Assembly: GCA_019639055.1 (NCBI GenBank) | Contig: JAHBSP010000001.1 | Location: forward strand, 55,628 to 119,627 | Length of the DNA stretch: 64,000 bases | DNA from: Microbacteriaceae bacterium | GTDB taxonomy: Bacteria; Actinomycetota; Actinomycetes; Actinomycetales; Microbacteriaceae | Direction: 5' to 3' | Shown: piece after piece, positions 29,173 through 38,411 of the stretch | How the letters are laid out: every line of letters begins with the position of its first letter | Position numbering within the stretch: position 1 is the stretch's first letter | Program-made: the position numbers and the translations under genes | Notes under the pieces: model-generated | The model's input: only the letters and a program-made list of their open reading frames with translations | Databases searched by the model: none | Told to the model about the DNA's origin: nothing

Positions 29173-30369
29173 CTAATCCGTTACGGCTCTAGCAATGCGT
29201 GGTCCGATTGTAGTGACAACTTCGTGGGCTATCGTATCTTCCCATATAGCCCAATCATGTATGGTTGGTTCACTGTCTGTCCCAGGTCCCCAAATCGTAG
29301 CAACTTCACCTAGAGGGACTTCCCAGTCGCCAGTTTCTATAACCACTTGATCCATTGAGACACGACCAACAATATTAAATCGCTTACCTGCAATTTGTAC
29401 TCCAGCAGTGGAGGGGATTTTTCGCAAAATGGCATCTGCATAACCAACTGGAATTAGTGCAAGATTGGTATCAGCAGGTGCAGTCCAAGTCCTGCTGTAT
29501 CCTACGGTTTCTCCTCGGCTAATTCTTCTGTGTTGAATTACCGGGGCGGTAAGAGTGGATGCACCAATTAAGTTCAGAGTTTCGCTTGGGTCGATTCCGA
29601 CAAGCCCAGCACCTATTCTCACCATATCGAAGTGTGTTGTTGGGTCAGTAAGTGCGGCACCTGTGGCTGCAAGATGGGTTATTTCTGGATGCAAATCCAC
29701 AGCTTTTGCCAGTGCTCTTACCTTGAGCATTTTCTTTACAGCGAGCGCGTTATCTTCAAGATCCTTTTCTCCGGAATTTCGAAGGTGGCTCATTAGTCCG
29801 ACTACGGAAATCAACCCATCATTATGCGCTTTCGCTGCTTCTTGAATCAGTGTTTGCCAGTATTCTTCTGCACAACCGTCACGGGCCATCCCCATATCAA
29901 ACTGTAGATGGATTCTTGCCCGTCTCTCGCTCTTATTTTTCTCTGGAGGAGCGCAAGTAGCTAAAAATGATTTGAGATGCTCTAGTCCTGGAATAGCGAT
30001 GTCTACTCCCAATTCAACTGAATCTTTGGCATCGACTTCGATGGAATTTAACCAACTAAGAATTGGCGTGTGAGTAATTCCACCTTCTCGCAATATTTGC
30101 GCTTCAGCAAACGAAGTAACACCCAACCAAGTCGCACCAGCATTTAGCGCGGCTTCGGCAACCCAGGTATATCCATGACCGTAACCGTCGCCTTTCACAA
30201 CGGCCATGATGTGAGGTGTTGATTTGGCTAAAGCGTCGTGGCTACGTTCTATATCGCCAGGGTTTACCGCGTCAAGAAAGGTTTTGGTATTTGCCTCAAT
30301 AGCTTTTGTGTGCGTAGTTAGCACAGGTCCTGAGCGTAACTGCCTAGTTAATTTCAAAGGTAACCCCAT
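29173..30369 (-). CDS. alr: Alanine racemase
   Basis: PLP-lysine motif MAVVKGDGYGHG and the C-terminal GYSRTW..PVGYAD. The N-terminal start is uncertain. Confidence 0.9.
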   Translation of the reverse strand: MGLPLKLTRQLRSGPVLTTHTKAIEANTKTFLDAVNPGDIERSHDALAKSTPHIMAVVKGDGYGHGYTWVAEAALNAGATWLGVTSFAEAQILREGGITHTPILSWLNSIEVDAKDSVELGVDIAIPGLEHLKSFLATCAPPEKNKSERRARIHLQFDMGMARDGCAEEYWQTLIQEAAKAHNDGLISVVGLMSHLRNSGEKDLEDNALAVKKMLKVRALAKAVDLHPEITHLAATGAALTDPTTHFDMVRIGAGLVGIDPSETLNLIGASTLTAPVIQHRRISRGETVGYSRTWTAPADTNLALIPVGYADAILRKIPSTAGVQIAGKRFNIVGRVSMDQVVIETGDWEVPLGEVATIWGPGTDSEPTIHDWAIWEDTIAHEVVTTIGPRIARAVTD

Positions 30370-30440
30370 AAGCTTTATGAGTACGAATAATCTAGATTTA
30401 AGAATACTTGCCTTATGAAAAGAAAGTAGCTGAAGCGCGC

Positions 30441-31103
30441 ATGAGGATAGAAACAGTTAGCATTCGAAGCAAGGACTTAGCTAAAGTTTTGCACCATTAC
30501 GGAGAATTATTGGGGTTAGATACAGAAGAAACACCTCAGAGCATTGAAGTAAAAATTGGGCGATCTACCCTGGTTTTTGAATATTCAGAAGATGCTTACC
30601 CTGTTCATTTTGCCGTAATGATTCCTACTGGAAAGTTCAGCCTAGCTAGAGAATGGTTGCTGCAGAAAACAAAACTGATTAGTAACGAAAACGGTGATGT
30701 TTTCAATTTTTCTGATGCTTGGAACTCGTCTTCAATCTACTGGTATGACGAGGAAGGAAACATTCTGGAACTGATCGAACACAGAAATATTCCTAATCAA
30801 ACGCCGGGTGATTTCAGCGTTCAGGACTTTCTGTACATTTGTGAAATTGGGATTAACGTTGACAATGTTCTAGCAACAGCAGAAATGCTAAAAACCAATT
30901 TAGATTTAGACACTTTTATTTTTGGTAACGATCGCTTTCATCCTGTCGGTACAGAAGATGGATTGCTAATACTTTCACAGGCTGGACGAAACTGGTTTCT
31001 CACAGAAGTCGCCGGTAAAGCTCAGCCACTCAAAGTTGTGATTTCAGGATCGTCTAGTGGTGAAGTTGTTTTAGAAGGTCCGGCGATTATCCGGGCTGTT
31101 TAA
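30441..31103 (+). CDS. VOC (glyoxalase/bleomycin-resistance/dioxygenase fold) family protein
   Basis: Two beta-alpha-beta-beta-beta-like halves, by-eye resemblance only. The ORF is open from TTG 30408, and ATG 30441 was chosen. Confidence 0.55.
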   Translation: MRIETVSIRSKDLAKVLHHYGELLGLDTEETPQSIEVKIGRSTLVFEYSEDAYPVHFAVMIPTGKFSLAREWLLQKTKLISNENGDVFNFSDAWNSSSIYWYDEEGNILELIEHRNIPNQTPGDFSVQDFLYICEIGINVDNVLATAEMLKTNLDLDTFIFGNDRFHPVGTEDGLLILSQAGRNWFLTEVAGKAQPLKVVISGSSSGEVVLEGPAIIRAV

Positions 31104-31109
31104 AAGAAA

Positions 31110-31139
31110 AGGTGGGGGAAGGTTTCCCAGCCCCCACCT
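31110..31139. terminator. Bidirectional stem-loop terminator
   Basis: AGGTGGGGG / CCCCCACCT with a 12-nt loop, preceded by an A-run, between convergent genes. Confidence 0.7.
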
Positions 31140-31169
31140 AGCGCAGTAATTCTGCTTGGCTACTTCACA

Positions 31170-32474
31170 TTACTGTGATGCAACACAAGCGGCGGAGTAA
31201 TCACTCTTGTCAAAAGTGGTGCCTTTGTAGAACTTTGCGATGGTCTTTAGACCAAGTTCTACGCTAGCGTCAACGGCAGAGATGTTTACTTCCTGTGCTA
31301 CGGCGGCCTTACCTTCAGGACCGTAGGTGTGTGCAGGGATCATACCTTCGAAGTCAACAGTAAGCCCGTCAATGACACTTACGATTGTTTCTCGGTCGAT
31401 CGTGCCCTTTGCAGCTGCTGCTTCAAGGGCGGCCTTTAGTGGGTAGTTCAGCGCCCATCCAATTACGTAGCCGTGGTTAGCTGGGGTTTCCCCGTTTAGA
31501 GAATCCCTAATAGCGTCGAGGGCCTTGGAAGTGCCGTCCCATCCTTCATAAGGGGACATGTGGTTGTAGAGTCCCTGGAGTGCAGGAGCTGCTGCTGTAC
31601 CCAATAGTGCTGGGTTCCATGTAGGTAGTGAACCTAGGAAGCGGCCCTGGAAACCGTTAGCGGCAAGACCACCAACAATTTGAGCGGTTTCCGCTGGTCC
31701 AGCGGCGATTACAACTGCATCAGGGCGAGGACTTGCCTGCAGAATTGTGGCAATTACCTTGCTTTGGTCACCTACAACCTGGTTTGGTCCGGTAGGGACC
31801 ACCAAAGTTTGTGCGTCATTGATATCCGCCCATTTTTGGACACCAGCAGCAGAGTCTCCACCATAGTCACCAGGGTAACCAACAGCGGCGATGACGCTTG
31901 GCTTGTAATGGTTTTCAGAGAACCAGTCAAGACCAGTCATTGCTTCAGCACAGTAGGAATATCCAGTTTCAAGGATGATGCCACCATCGTTTGCCTTGAA
32001 TGAATATCCAGACCACCAAGAAGCAGGCACTGCGACAATATTATTGCTAATCATGTCTGGCAAAACACCCTCAGTATTCACTGTTCCAAGTGACTGCACA
32101 ATAGCAAGAATGTGGTTTTCAATGTCCTTGTAAGCTGCTGCGTGTTCGGTTGCTACATACTTAGTGTCGCGAGTGTACTTGTCAATATCAATGTCAAAAC
32201 CACCGATACCGCCTTCTTCATTTACTCGCTTCCAGAATGCACGCTGAGCATCTGTAATCGGTACTGCAAGAGCAGCAAATGGACCTTCAGTAAGGTCTGA
32301 GAGGACACCTAGGTAGATGCAACCATTTTCAGGGTTTACAGCATCTGGACAGGCTTCCTCGGTGACACCAACACCAATTGTTGGCTTTGTATCAACCGTG
32401 GTGCATCCCGCCAGTGCTAGTGCCGAAGCGGCTGCTAGCGCGAGAGCAATACGGCTCTTTCTACGCATTTTCAT
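31170..32474 (-). CDS. ABC transporter substrate-binding lipoprotein (LivK / Peripla_BP_6-like)
   Basis: Signal peptide with the lipobox LALAGC, and a type-I periplasmic binding fold pattern. Start is ATG 32474, or 32492 per the track. Confidence 0.85.
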   Translation of the reverse strand: MKMRRKSRIALALAAASALALAGCTTVDTKPTIGVGVTEEACPDAVNPENGCIYLGVLSDLTEGPFAALAVPITDAQRAFWKRVNEEGGIGGFDIDIDKYTRDTKYVATEHAAAYKDIENHILAIVQSLGTVNTEGVLPDMISNNIVAVPASWWSGYSFKANDGGIILETGYSYCAEAMTGLDWFSENHYKPSVIAAVGYPGDYGGDSAAGVQKWADINDAQTLVVPTGPNQVVGDQSKVIATILQASPRPDAVVIAAGPAETAQIVGGLAANGFQGRFLGSLPTWNPALLGTAAAPALQGLYNHMSPYEGWDGTSKALDAIRDSLNGETPANHGYVIGWALNYPLKAALEAAAAKGTIDRETIVSVIDGLTVDFEGMIPAHTYGPEGKAAVAQEVNISAVDASVELGLKTIAKFYKGTTFDKSDYSAACVASQ

Positions 32475-32513
32475 GCTATTTCCTTTCACCATTGCAAGGG
32501 TTATATTCAGTTG

Positions 32514-33716
32514 TTAGTAGGAGAACGGCCACGCTTTGAAGTAGTTGCGAATACGAATCCAAAGGCCGAATAGCCCTCTAGACTCTATAGTCACGAACAC
32601 CACAATTAATGTTCCGAACAAGATTGTTTGTAGTTGGAATACGTTTATTAATCCGCCACTTGAAACCGAGAGCCAAGGGATGAACTGAGTAAGTTCTCGA
32701 AGTATGACGGGTAGTAATACCACGAAAGCAGCACCGATTATAGAGCCAGAAATAGTTGCGACACCACCGATAACAACAATTGCCAAAATGTCGATTGACA
32801 TAAATAGATTCCACTGTTCTGGAGTAATAGTTCCAATCAGTATTGATAGCAGAGCGCCTGCAATACCTGCATAGGCGCTTGAAAGTGCAAAAGCGAGAGT
32901 TTTGGTTTTATAAAGATTAACTCCCATTACTTCAGCGGCAATATCTCTATCTCGCACCGCTGCGAAGGCTCTACCTACTTTGCTTCGGGCTATGTTCTTA
33001 GCAAGTATTGCCAGCGCTATTAGTAGCGTTAAACAAATCAGGTAATAAACAACCTCAGGCGTGAAGATAAATGGCCCAACTGCGTATGTGTTTGCATTCA
33101 GATCGATTCCAAATAAAATTCTTTGCGCTGAGTACCTGCCATTTCCAGCTCCACCCGATAGGCCGCTCCAGGTTTTAAAAACTTGCTCACCAATGAATAG
33201 AAGACCAAGGGTAAGAACCGCGAGATATAGGCCACGAACTCTAGTTGCAAGTGGTGCAACAATGAGACCGACAATCCCGGGAATAATTGCCGCAAGGGGG
33301 AGCGCGATTGCTAGATCGAGGCCGAAACCTAAAGCGTTTCTGGCAGGATCTCCAGCAACAACAGCTGCGGTGTAGGCGCCAAGTCCCATGAAGAATGCGT
33401 GTCCTAGGCTAATCTGTCCTGCGTAACCCATGAGTAGATTTAGACCAATGCCGGCAATTGCGTAGATAGTCAACAGAGTAAAAGCGTGTAACCATCCGCC
33501 ACTGCTGGTAAAGGGGAGAGATAACGCAAAGAGAATTAATAAGCCCAGCCATACTTTCTTAGTGTTGGTATTCACCATTTGCATACTGGTTTCATAAGAG
33601 GTGTACAGTGTGGGGCGTCCCCGTTTTATGGCACTACGAACAACACCTTTGGAATTCTCAAAATTTAATTGTTTACTTGCACCAGTAAGTCCTGGTTTAA
33701 TTTCGAATTCGCTCAT
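32514..33716 (-). CDS. Branched-chain-type ABC permease (LivM-like)
   Basis: Polytopic protein with a LivM-like N-terminal extension. Overlaps the upstream permease by 4 nt. Confidence 0.85.
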   Translation of the reverse strand: MSEFEIKPGLTGASKQLNFENSKGVVRSAIKRGRPTLYTSYETSMQMVNTNTKKVWLGLLILFALSLPFTSSGGWLHAFTLLTIYAIAGIGLNLLMGYAGQISLGHAFFMGLGAYTAAVVAGDPARNALGFGLDLAIALPLAAIIPGIVGLIVAPLATRVRGLYLAVLTLGLLFIGEQVFKTWSGLSGGAGNGRYSAQRILFGIDLNANTYAVGPFIFTPEVVYYLICLTLLIALAILAKNIARSKVGRAFAAVRDRDIAAEVMGVNLYKTKTLAFALSSAYAGIAGALLSILIGTITPEQWNLFMSIDILAIVVIGGVATISGSIIGAAFVVLLPVILRELTQFIPWLSVSSGGLINVFQLQTILFGTLIVVFVTIESRGLFGLWIRIRNYFKAWPFSY

Positions 33717-34651
33717 ACTCGTTGCACCTCCTTTGTTCCAAATAGTCCGTATGGTCTGATCAGAAGCACAATAATCATCACTATGTAAGGAACAACGTTT
33801 TCAAAATTCAATCCCAACCATGGTGCGATTGCCGTTTGATATGTTTTAGTAAGGTTCATCAAAATACCTATTGCAAGCCCACCGATAACTGCACCTTTTA
33901 GTGAGTCAAGGCCGCCCAGAACTAGAGCAGGCAACGCTACAAGCGCGAATAGGGCATCAGTTGATTGGATGACCGAGCCATTAGCTGCAAATAAACCTCC
34001 TGCAAGGGCTACAATCGCTCCAGAAATTGCCCAGGAGGTAGAAAACATCCCGCCGACATTAATGCCCTGAGCTAAAGCGGTTTCTTGATCCATTGAAGTA
34101 GCTCGCATAGCTAAGCCGTACTTGGACCGGGCTAACCAGATAAACAGCGCAGCAATAACAATAGTGGCGAGAACAATTTTGCCAATTGAATGCCAGTAGA
34201 TAATTAACCCGCCTTCGCAGGATACGAAACCCCATTCTTCTTTCAAGTTTCCACCCAGGCATAGCGCAGAGACTCCCCAAGGGTCATTCACTGTTCTCGG
34301 TTTGGAATCAAACAGACGGGTGGAAATAACGTAGAGGGCTATAAATAAACCAACCGTTATTAGTGCTGCAGAGAATGTGGATTGACCAACCATGGGTCGT
34401 ATGGCCACTCGCTCAATTCCCATACTTAGTAGAGCGATCACTATCATCGCTAGGACGAGTGCAATGAAGTAGTTCAACCCTAGATCTATTGCGAAAACGC
34501 TGGTTGCAAAAGCGCCAAGAATCATAAGTGCCGGCTGGGCGAAGTTGAGCACACCGGTTGCTCTAAAAATTACTACGAAACTTAGCGCTATTAGTGCGTA
34601 TATCGATCCTTGGGCTATTCCGAAGATTAGAGAGTGGATAAGATCGTTCAT
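33713..34651 (-). CDS. Branched-chain-type ABC permease (LivH-like)
   Basis: Polytopic protein with the LivH pattern GSIYALIALSFVVIF. Confidence 0.85.
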   Translation of the reverse strand: MNDLIHSLIFGIAQGSIYALIALSFVVIFRATGVLNFAQPALMILGAFATSVFAIDLGLNYFIALVLAMIVIALLSMGIERVAIRPMVGQSTFSAALITVGLFIALYVISTRLFDSKPRTVNDPWGVSALCLGGNLKEEWGFVSCEGGLIIYWHSIGKIVLATIVIAALFIWLARSKYGLAMRATSMDQETALAQGINVGGMFSTSWAISGAIVALAGGLFAANGSVIQSTDALFALVALPALVLGGLDSLKGAVIGGLAIGILMNLTKTYQTAIAPWLGLNFENVVPYIVMIIVLLIRPYGLFGTKEVQRV

Positions 34652-36579
34652 CCTTCCCTCCCTAGGTCTGCACCGGGGTATGCCGATGTGCCAGCATACA
34701 TGTCGTCAACTAGTCCAGGAACAGTAGCTTCGAAAGCTTTTCGCTTCAGCTTCTGAGTGGCGGTTAGTTCACCATCTTCGTGATCGAGTTCTTTAGTTAG
34801 CATCCTGAATTTTCTTATAGCTTCAACTCTTGCGAATTCTTTATTTGTTTCTTTAACAAGACCTTTAATTAGGTTTATTACTTCTGGTTTGCTTGCTAAG
34901 TCACGATAAGTTGTGTACTCAATATGTTCTCTACTAGCCCAGTCAGCTACTGTATCGAACTCAATTCCGATCAAAGCAGTAAGGTATGGTCGCTTATCAC
35001 CAATAATGACCGCTTCTTTGATGAAAGGTGAGCTTTTCAATTTATTCTCTATCTCACTAGGAGAAATGTTCTTTCCTCCCGCGGTGATAATGATGTCCTT
35101 GATGCGATCAACAATGCGTAAATGATCATCACCGACCCATTCACCTACGTCTCCAGTTCTTAGCCATCCGTCGGCGGTTATAGTTTCTTTTGTCGCCTCA
35201 GGCTTCTTCCAGTAGCCAACAAAAGTACCGTCATTTCGGGTAAGTACTTCGCCATTGTTTTCGTCTAGTTTGATTTCGGACCAGAGCTGAGTTTGTCCGA
35301 CAGTGCCGATTTTCATTGCGTCAGCAAAGTTAGTAGTGGCAACTGCGGAATTTTCAGTCATGCCGTAAGCCTCATAAAGGGGGAGACCAAGTCCAAGGAA
35401 GAACCGCAGTGTGTCTGGAGCAATCGGTGCTGCACCTGAAAGTGAGTGCTTTACGTGTAGCAACCCGAGCCGTTTTCTTAAAGGACGAAAAATAATTGGA
35501 TAACCAATTGCGTAGAGCACTTTTGCTTTGAAATTGAATTTACCGTCGTTGGCAATACGTTCGGCTGCTATGGTTTTGCCCAGTCTTTGCCCTATGTTGT
35601 AGAAAAACTTTTTTAGTCGACTTGCGCTGGCGATTTTAATAGCAACTGTTGCCTGAATTTTTTCCCATATGCGAGGAACTGCGAATAGCCGTGAAGGTTG
35701 CACTTCGGCAAGATCCTGGGTAACTGTTTCAATTGATTCGGCAAAATGAACCACTGTTCGAACCAGCAAGTTACCCCAAACAGATAGCGCTCTTTCAACC
35801 ACGTGGAAGAGAGGAAGATAAGAAAGCATTGAATCGTTTGGTCCTAGTCCATATCCGAAAACTCCGCCTTCAACGGAAAATACATGACCGGCAAATGAAA
35901 TGTTTTTGGCGGTCAGCATTACGCCTTTTGGTGGGCCTGTAGTTCCCGAGGTGTAGATAAGAGTGGCTATATCTTCTTCGGTGCGTTCTTGATCGATCTC
36001 ATCAAAAATTGCTAGGTAATTCTGGTAACCACCATCAGCTTTTTCAATAAGTTCATCAATTGAAATTAATTTGGGATGATCGTAATTGTGTAGACCACGA
36101 GCATCAAGATAAACAATCCACTCTAGGTTTGGGCAGTCATCAAAAACTGCCAGTGCTTTGTCTACTTGTTCTTGATCTTCGGCAATTAAAACCTTTGCTT
36201 CAGAATCTTGAAGGAGGTACCGGATTTCAGCGATTGGGTTTGTGGGATACAAGCCAACGATTGCTGCACGTAGGATTGCTGACCCGCAATCAGCAAAAAG
36301 CCATTCTGGCCTATTCTCCGATTGAATTGCTACTTTATCTCCCTGGCGTATGCCAAGTACATATAGCCCTGCTGCCACTTTGCGAGCAGATTCCAGATAA
36401 GCGCCCCAAGTAATGTCTTGCCAAAGTCCAAATTGTTTAAACCTAAGTGCGGTATGGTTCGGATACTTTTGCGCGTTTTCAATTAATACTCTGGAAAAGT
36501 ATTCAGTCGCAGGTTTTTTAAAAGGTTCACTGCCTTTTCGAATTGAGATTTGATCAAGTGATGCAGTTGTAGTCAGCAC
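34648..36579 (-). CDS. AMP-dependent acyl-CoA synthetase (long-chain fatty-acid--CoA ligase-like)
   Basis: AMP-binding motif LIYTSGTTGPPKGV and GWLRTGDVG. Embedded in the ABC operon with 4-nt and 1-nt overlaps. Confidence 0.85.
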   Translation of the reverse strand: MLTTTASLDQISIRKGSEPFKKPATEYFSRVLIENAQKYPNHTALRFKQFGLWQDITWGAYLESARKVAAGLYVLGIRQGDKVAIQSENRPEWLFADCGSAILRAAIVGLYPTNPIAEIRYLLQDSEAKVLIAEDQEQVDKALAVFDDCPNLEWIVYLDARGLHNYDHPKLISIDELIEKADGGYQNYLAIFDEIDQERTEEDIATLIYTSGTTGPPKGVMLTAKNISFAGHVFSVEGGVFGYGLGPNDSMLSYLPLFHVVERALSVWGNLLVRTVVHFAESIETVTQDLAEVQPSRLFAVPRIWEKIQATVAIKIASASRLKKFFYNIGQRLGKTIAAERIANDGKFNFKAKVLYAIGYPIIFRPLRKRLGLLHVKHSLSGAAPIAPDTLRFFLGLGLPLYEAYGMTENSAVATTNFADAMKIGTVGQTQLWSEIKLDENNGEVLTRNDGTFVGYWKKPEATKETITADGWLRTGDVGEWVGDDHLRIVDRIKDIIITAGGKNISPSEIENKLKSSPFIKEAVIIGDKRPYLTALIGIEFDTVADWASREHIEYTTYRDLASKPEVINLIKGLVKETNKEFARVEAIRKFRMLTKELDHEDGELTATQKLKRKAFEATVPGLVDDMYAGTSAYPGADLGREG

Positions 36580-37436
36580 TAAACCTCACCTCCAGCAAAT
36601 TCAGCAATTACTTCGTCTGTTGCGCCGCCAAGGTATGCCGAAATTACAGCCGTATCTTTCTGTACTGAATCAGGGGTTCCTAAGGCAATCTTTTTGCCAA
36701 AGTCGATAACCATTACCCTGTCAGCTAGATCCATCACAAGACGCATATCGTGTTCGACCATGATCATTGAAGTATTTAGTTCGTTACGAATATCGAGAAT
36801 GAATCGAGCCATATCTTCGGTTTCTTCTGAATTCATACCCGCAACTGGTTCATCGAGTAGCAAGAGTGCTGGGTCCATGGCTAAAGCTCTGCCCAATTCA
36901 ACGCGCTTCTTTACACCGTAGGGGAGGAAGTTTACGGGAGTATTGCGCACTGCTGCTAGTCCGAGAAAATCGATGATGTCTTCTGTTTGTCTTCTGACGA
37001 TGGTTTCTTGTTTACGAGTTCTTCCCATTCTGAGCATTGCTTCGATCCAGTTGTAACTGATCTTTAGGTGTTTTCCAAGCATCAGGTTCTCTAAAACCGA
37101 TAGGTTCTCAAAAAGTTCAATGTTCTGGAAAGTTCTAGCGATACCGAGACCTGCTATGACATCTGGCTTTTTACCGATTAGTTCTTCGCCATGAAGTTTG
37201 ATACTGCCATTCTGTGGTTTATAAACGCCTGATAAACAGTTGAAAGTCGATGTTTTACCAGCACCGTTTGGACCAATGATTGCGAAAAGTTCAGACTCAT
37301 TAACATCGAAATCAATTGAATCTAGCGTGGTTAGAGCTCCAAATTTTAGAGTGAGGTTTGAAACTTCTAAAAGTTTTTTAGTAGTAGATTCGGTTGCAGT
37401 AGTAGCTGATTGAAGGTTTGCGCTCATGATAGCCAC
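36579..37436 (-). CDS. ABC ATP-binding protein (LivG-like)
   Basis: Contains GPNGAGKTS, a YGVKKRVELGRAL signature region and LLLDEP. Confidence 0.9.
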   Translation of the reverse strand: MAIMSANLQSATTATESTTKKLLEVSNLTLKFGALTTLDSIDFDVNESELFAIIGPNGAGKTSTFNCLSGVYKPQNGSIKLHGEELIGKKPDVIAGLGIARTFQNIELFENLSVLENLMLGKHLKISYNWIEAMLRMGRTRKQETIVRRQTEDIIDFLGLAAVRNTPVNFLPYGVKKRVELGRALAMDPALLLLDEPVAGMNSEETEDMARFILDIRNELNTSMIMVEHDMRLVMDLADRVMVIDFGKKIALGTPDSVQKDTAVISAYLGGATDEVIAEFAGGEV

Positions 37437-38227
37437 CTCTTTCTGCGACTGTAATGTTTAACATCTCGTAAACTGCCGGCGCTTTCCCCAAGCCCTAGAT
37501 AGAACTCTTGGATGTCTTCATCTTCTCGGAGCGCTTTAGCGGGGGCATCCATCACGATCTTTCCGTTTTCCATCACATATCCATGATCCGCTATTGAAAG
37601 AGCCATGGCAGCATTTTGTTCAACCAGCAGTATGCCTAAGCCAGATTCCTTTAGTTGCACGATTAAATCGCGAATCTGAGAAACAATTTGTGGTGCGAGG
37701 CCTAGGCTCGGTTCATCGAGAATTAGGTATTTCGGTTCAGCCATAAGTGCACGTCCGATTGCCAACATCTGTTGCTCTCCGCCGGAAAGATATCCTGCAT
37801 GTTGCTTCTTGCGACCTTTTAAGGCGGGAAACATCTCGTAAACGTAATCGAGCTTCGAATCTATTGCTGCTCGTGGCGTTGTGTGCGCACCTACAAGTAG
37901 GTTTTCTTCAACAGTAAATTCGATAAATATACGGCGGCCTTCCATTACCTGGCTTACTCCGGCACGAACCACAGCAGGGGCTTGATCAGTATCAAGTTTT
38001 ACGTCATCAACTGAAATATGTCCACGAGTAATTTTTCCGCGATGCACACCTAGTAGACCCGATATTGCACGCAAGAGTGTGGTCTTACCAGCACCATTGG
38101 CTCCGAGGAGTGTGACTATGCCGTTCTTTGGTACATTTATGCTCGCACCCTTAAGCACGAGCATAACGTCTTCATAGACCACTTCTAGGTTATGAGCCGA
38201 TAATGTCAATATTCCCCCTGTCGCCAT
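37424..38227 (-). CDS. ABC ATP-binding protein (LivF-like)
   Basis: Contains GANGAGKTT, LSGGEQQML and ILDEPS. Confidence 0.9.
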   Translation of the reverse strand: MATGGILTLSAHNLEVVYEDVMLVLKGASINVPKNGIVTLLGANGAGKTTLLRAISGLLGVHRGKITRGHISVDDVKLDTDQAPAVVRAGVSQVMEGRRIFIEFTVEENLLVGAHTTPRAAIDSKLDYVYEMFPALKGRKKQHAGYLSGGEQQMLAIGRALMAEPKYLILDEPSLGLAPQIVSQIRDLIVQLKESGLGILLVEQNAAMALSIADHGYVMENGKIVMDAPAKALREDEDIQEFYLGLGESAGSLRDVKHYSRRKRWLS

Positions 38228-38364
38228 TGGCAGAGTTTAAAAACTGTAAGTGTTAGTTCAGCTTAGCAATTAGTAATAAAAGCGCGAAAAACACCATAAA
38301 TTTTGTTCTTAATGTACAAAAAATATGCTGTGATGGACCTCATGTAGGTGGTTATATATAAAAG

Positions 38365-38397
38365 CGGGGTCCGGGGATAAATTCAACCCGGACCCCG
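38365..38397 (-). terminator. Intrinsic terminator after qcrB
   Basis: 11-bp GC-rich stem CGGGGTCCGGG / CCCGGACCCCG with an 11-nt loop, followed on the minus strand by CTTTTATATATA. Confidence 0.7.
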
Positions 38398-38411
38398 ACA
38401 ACTAGGGTTAT

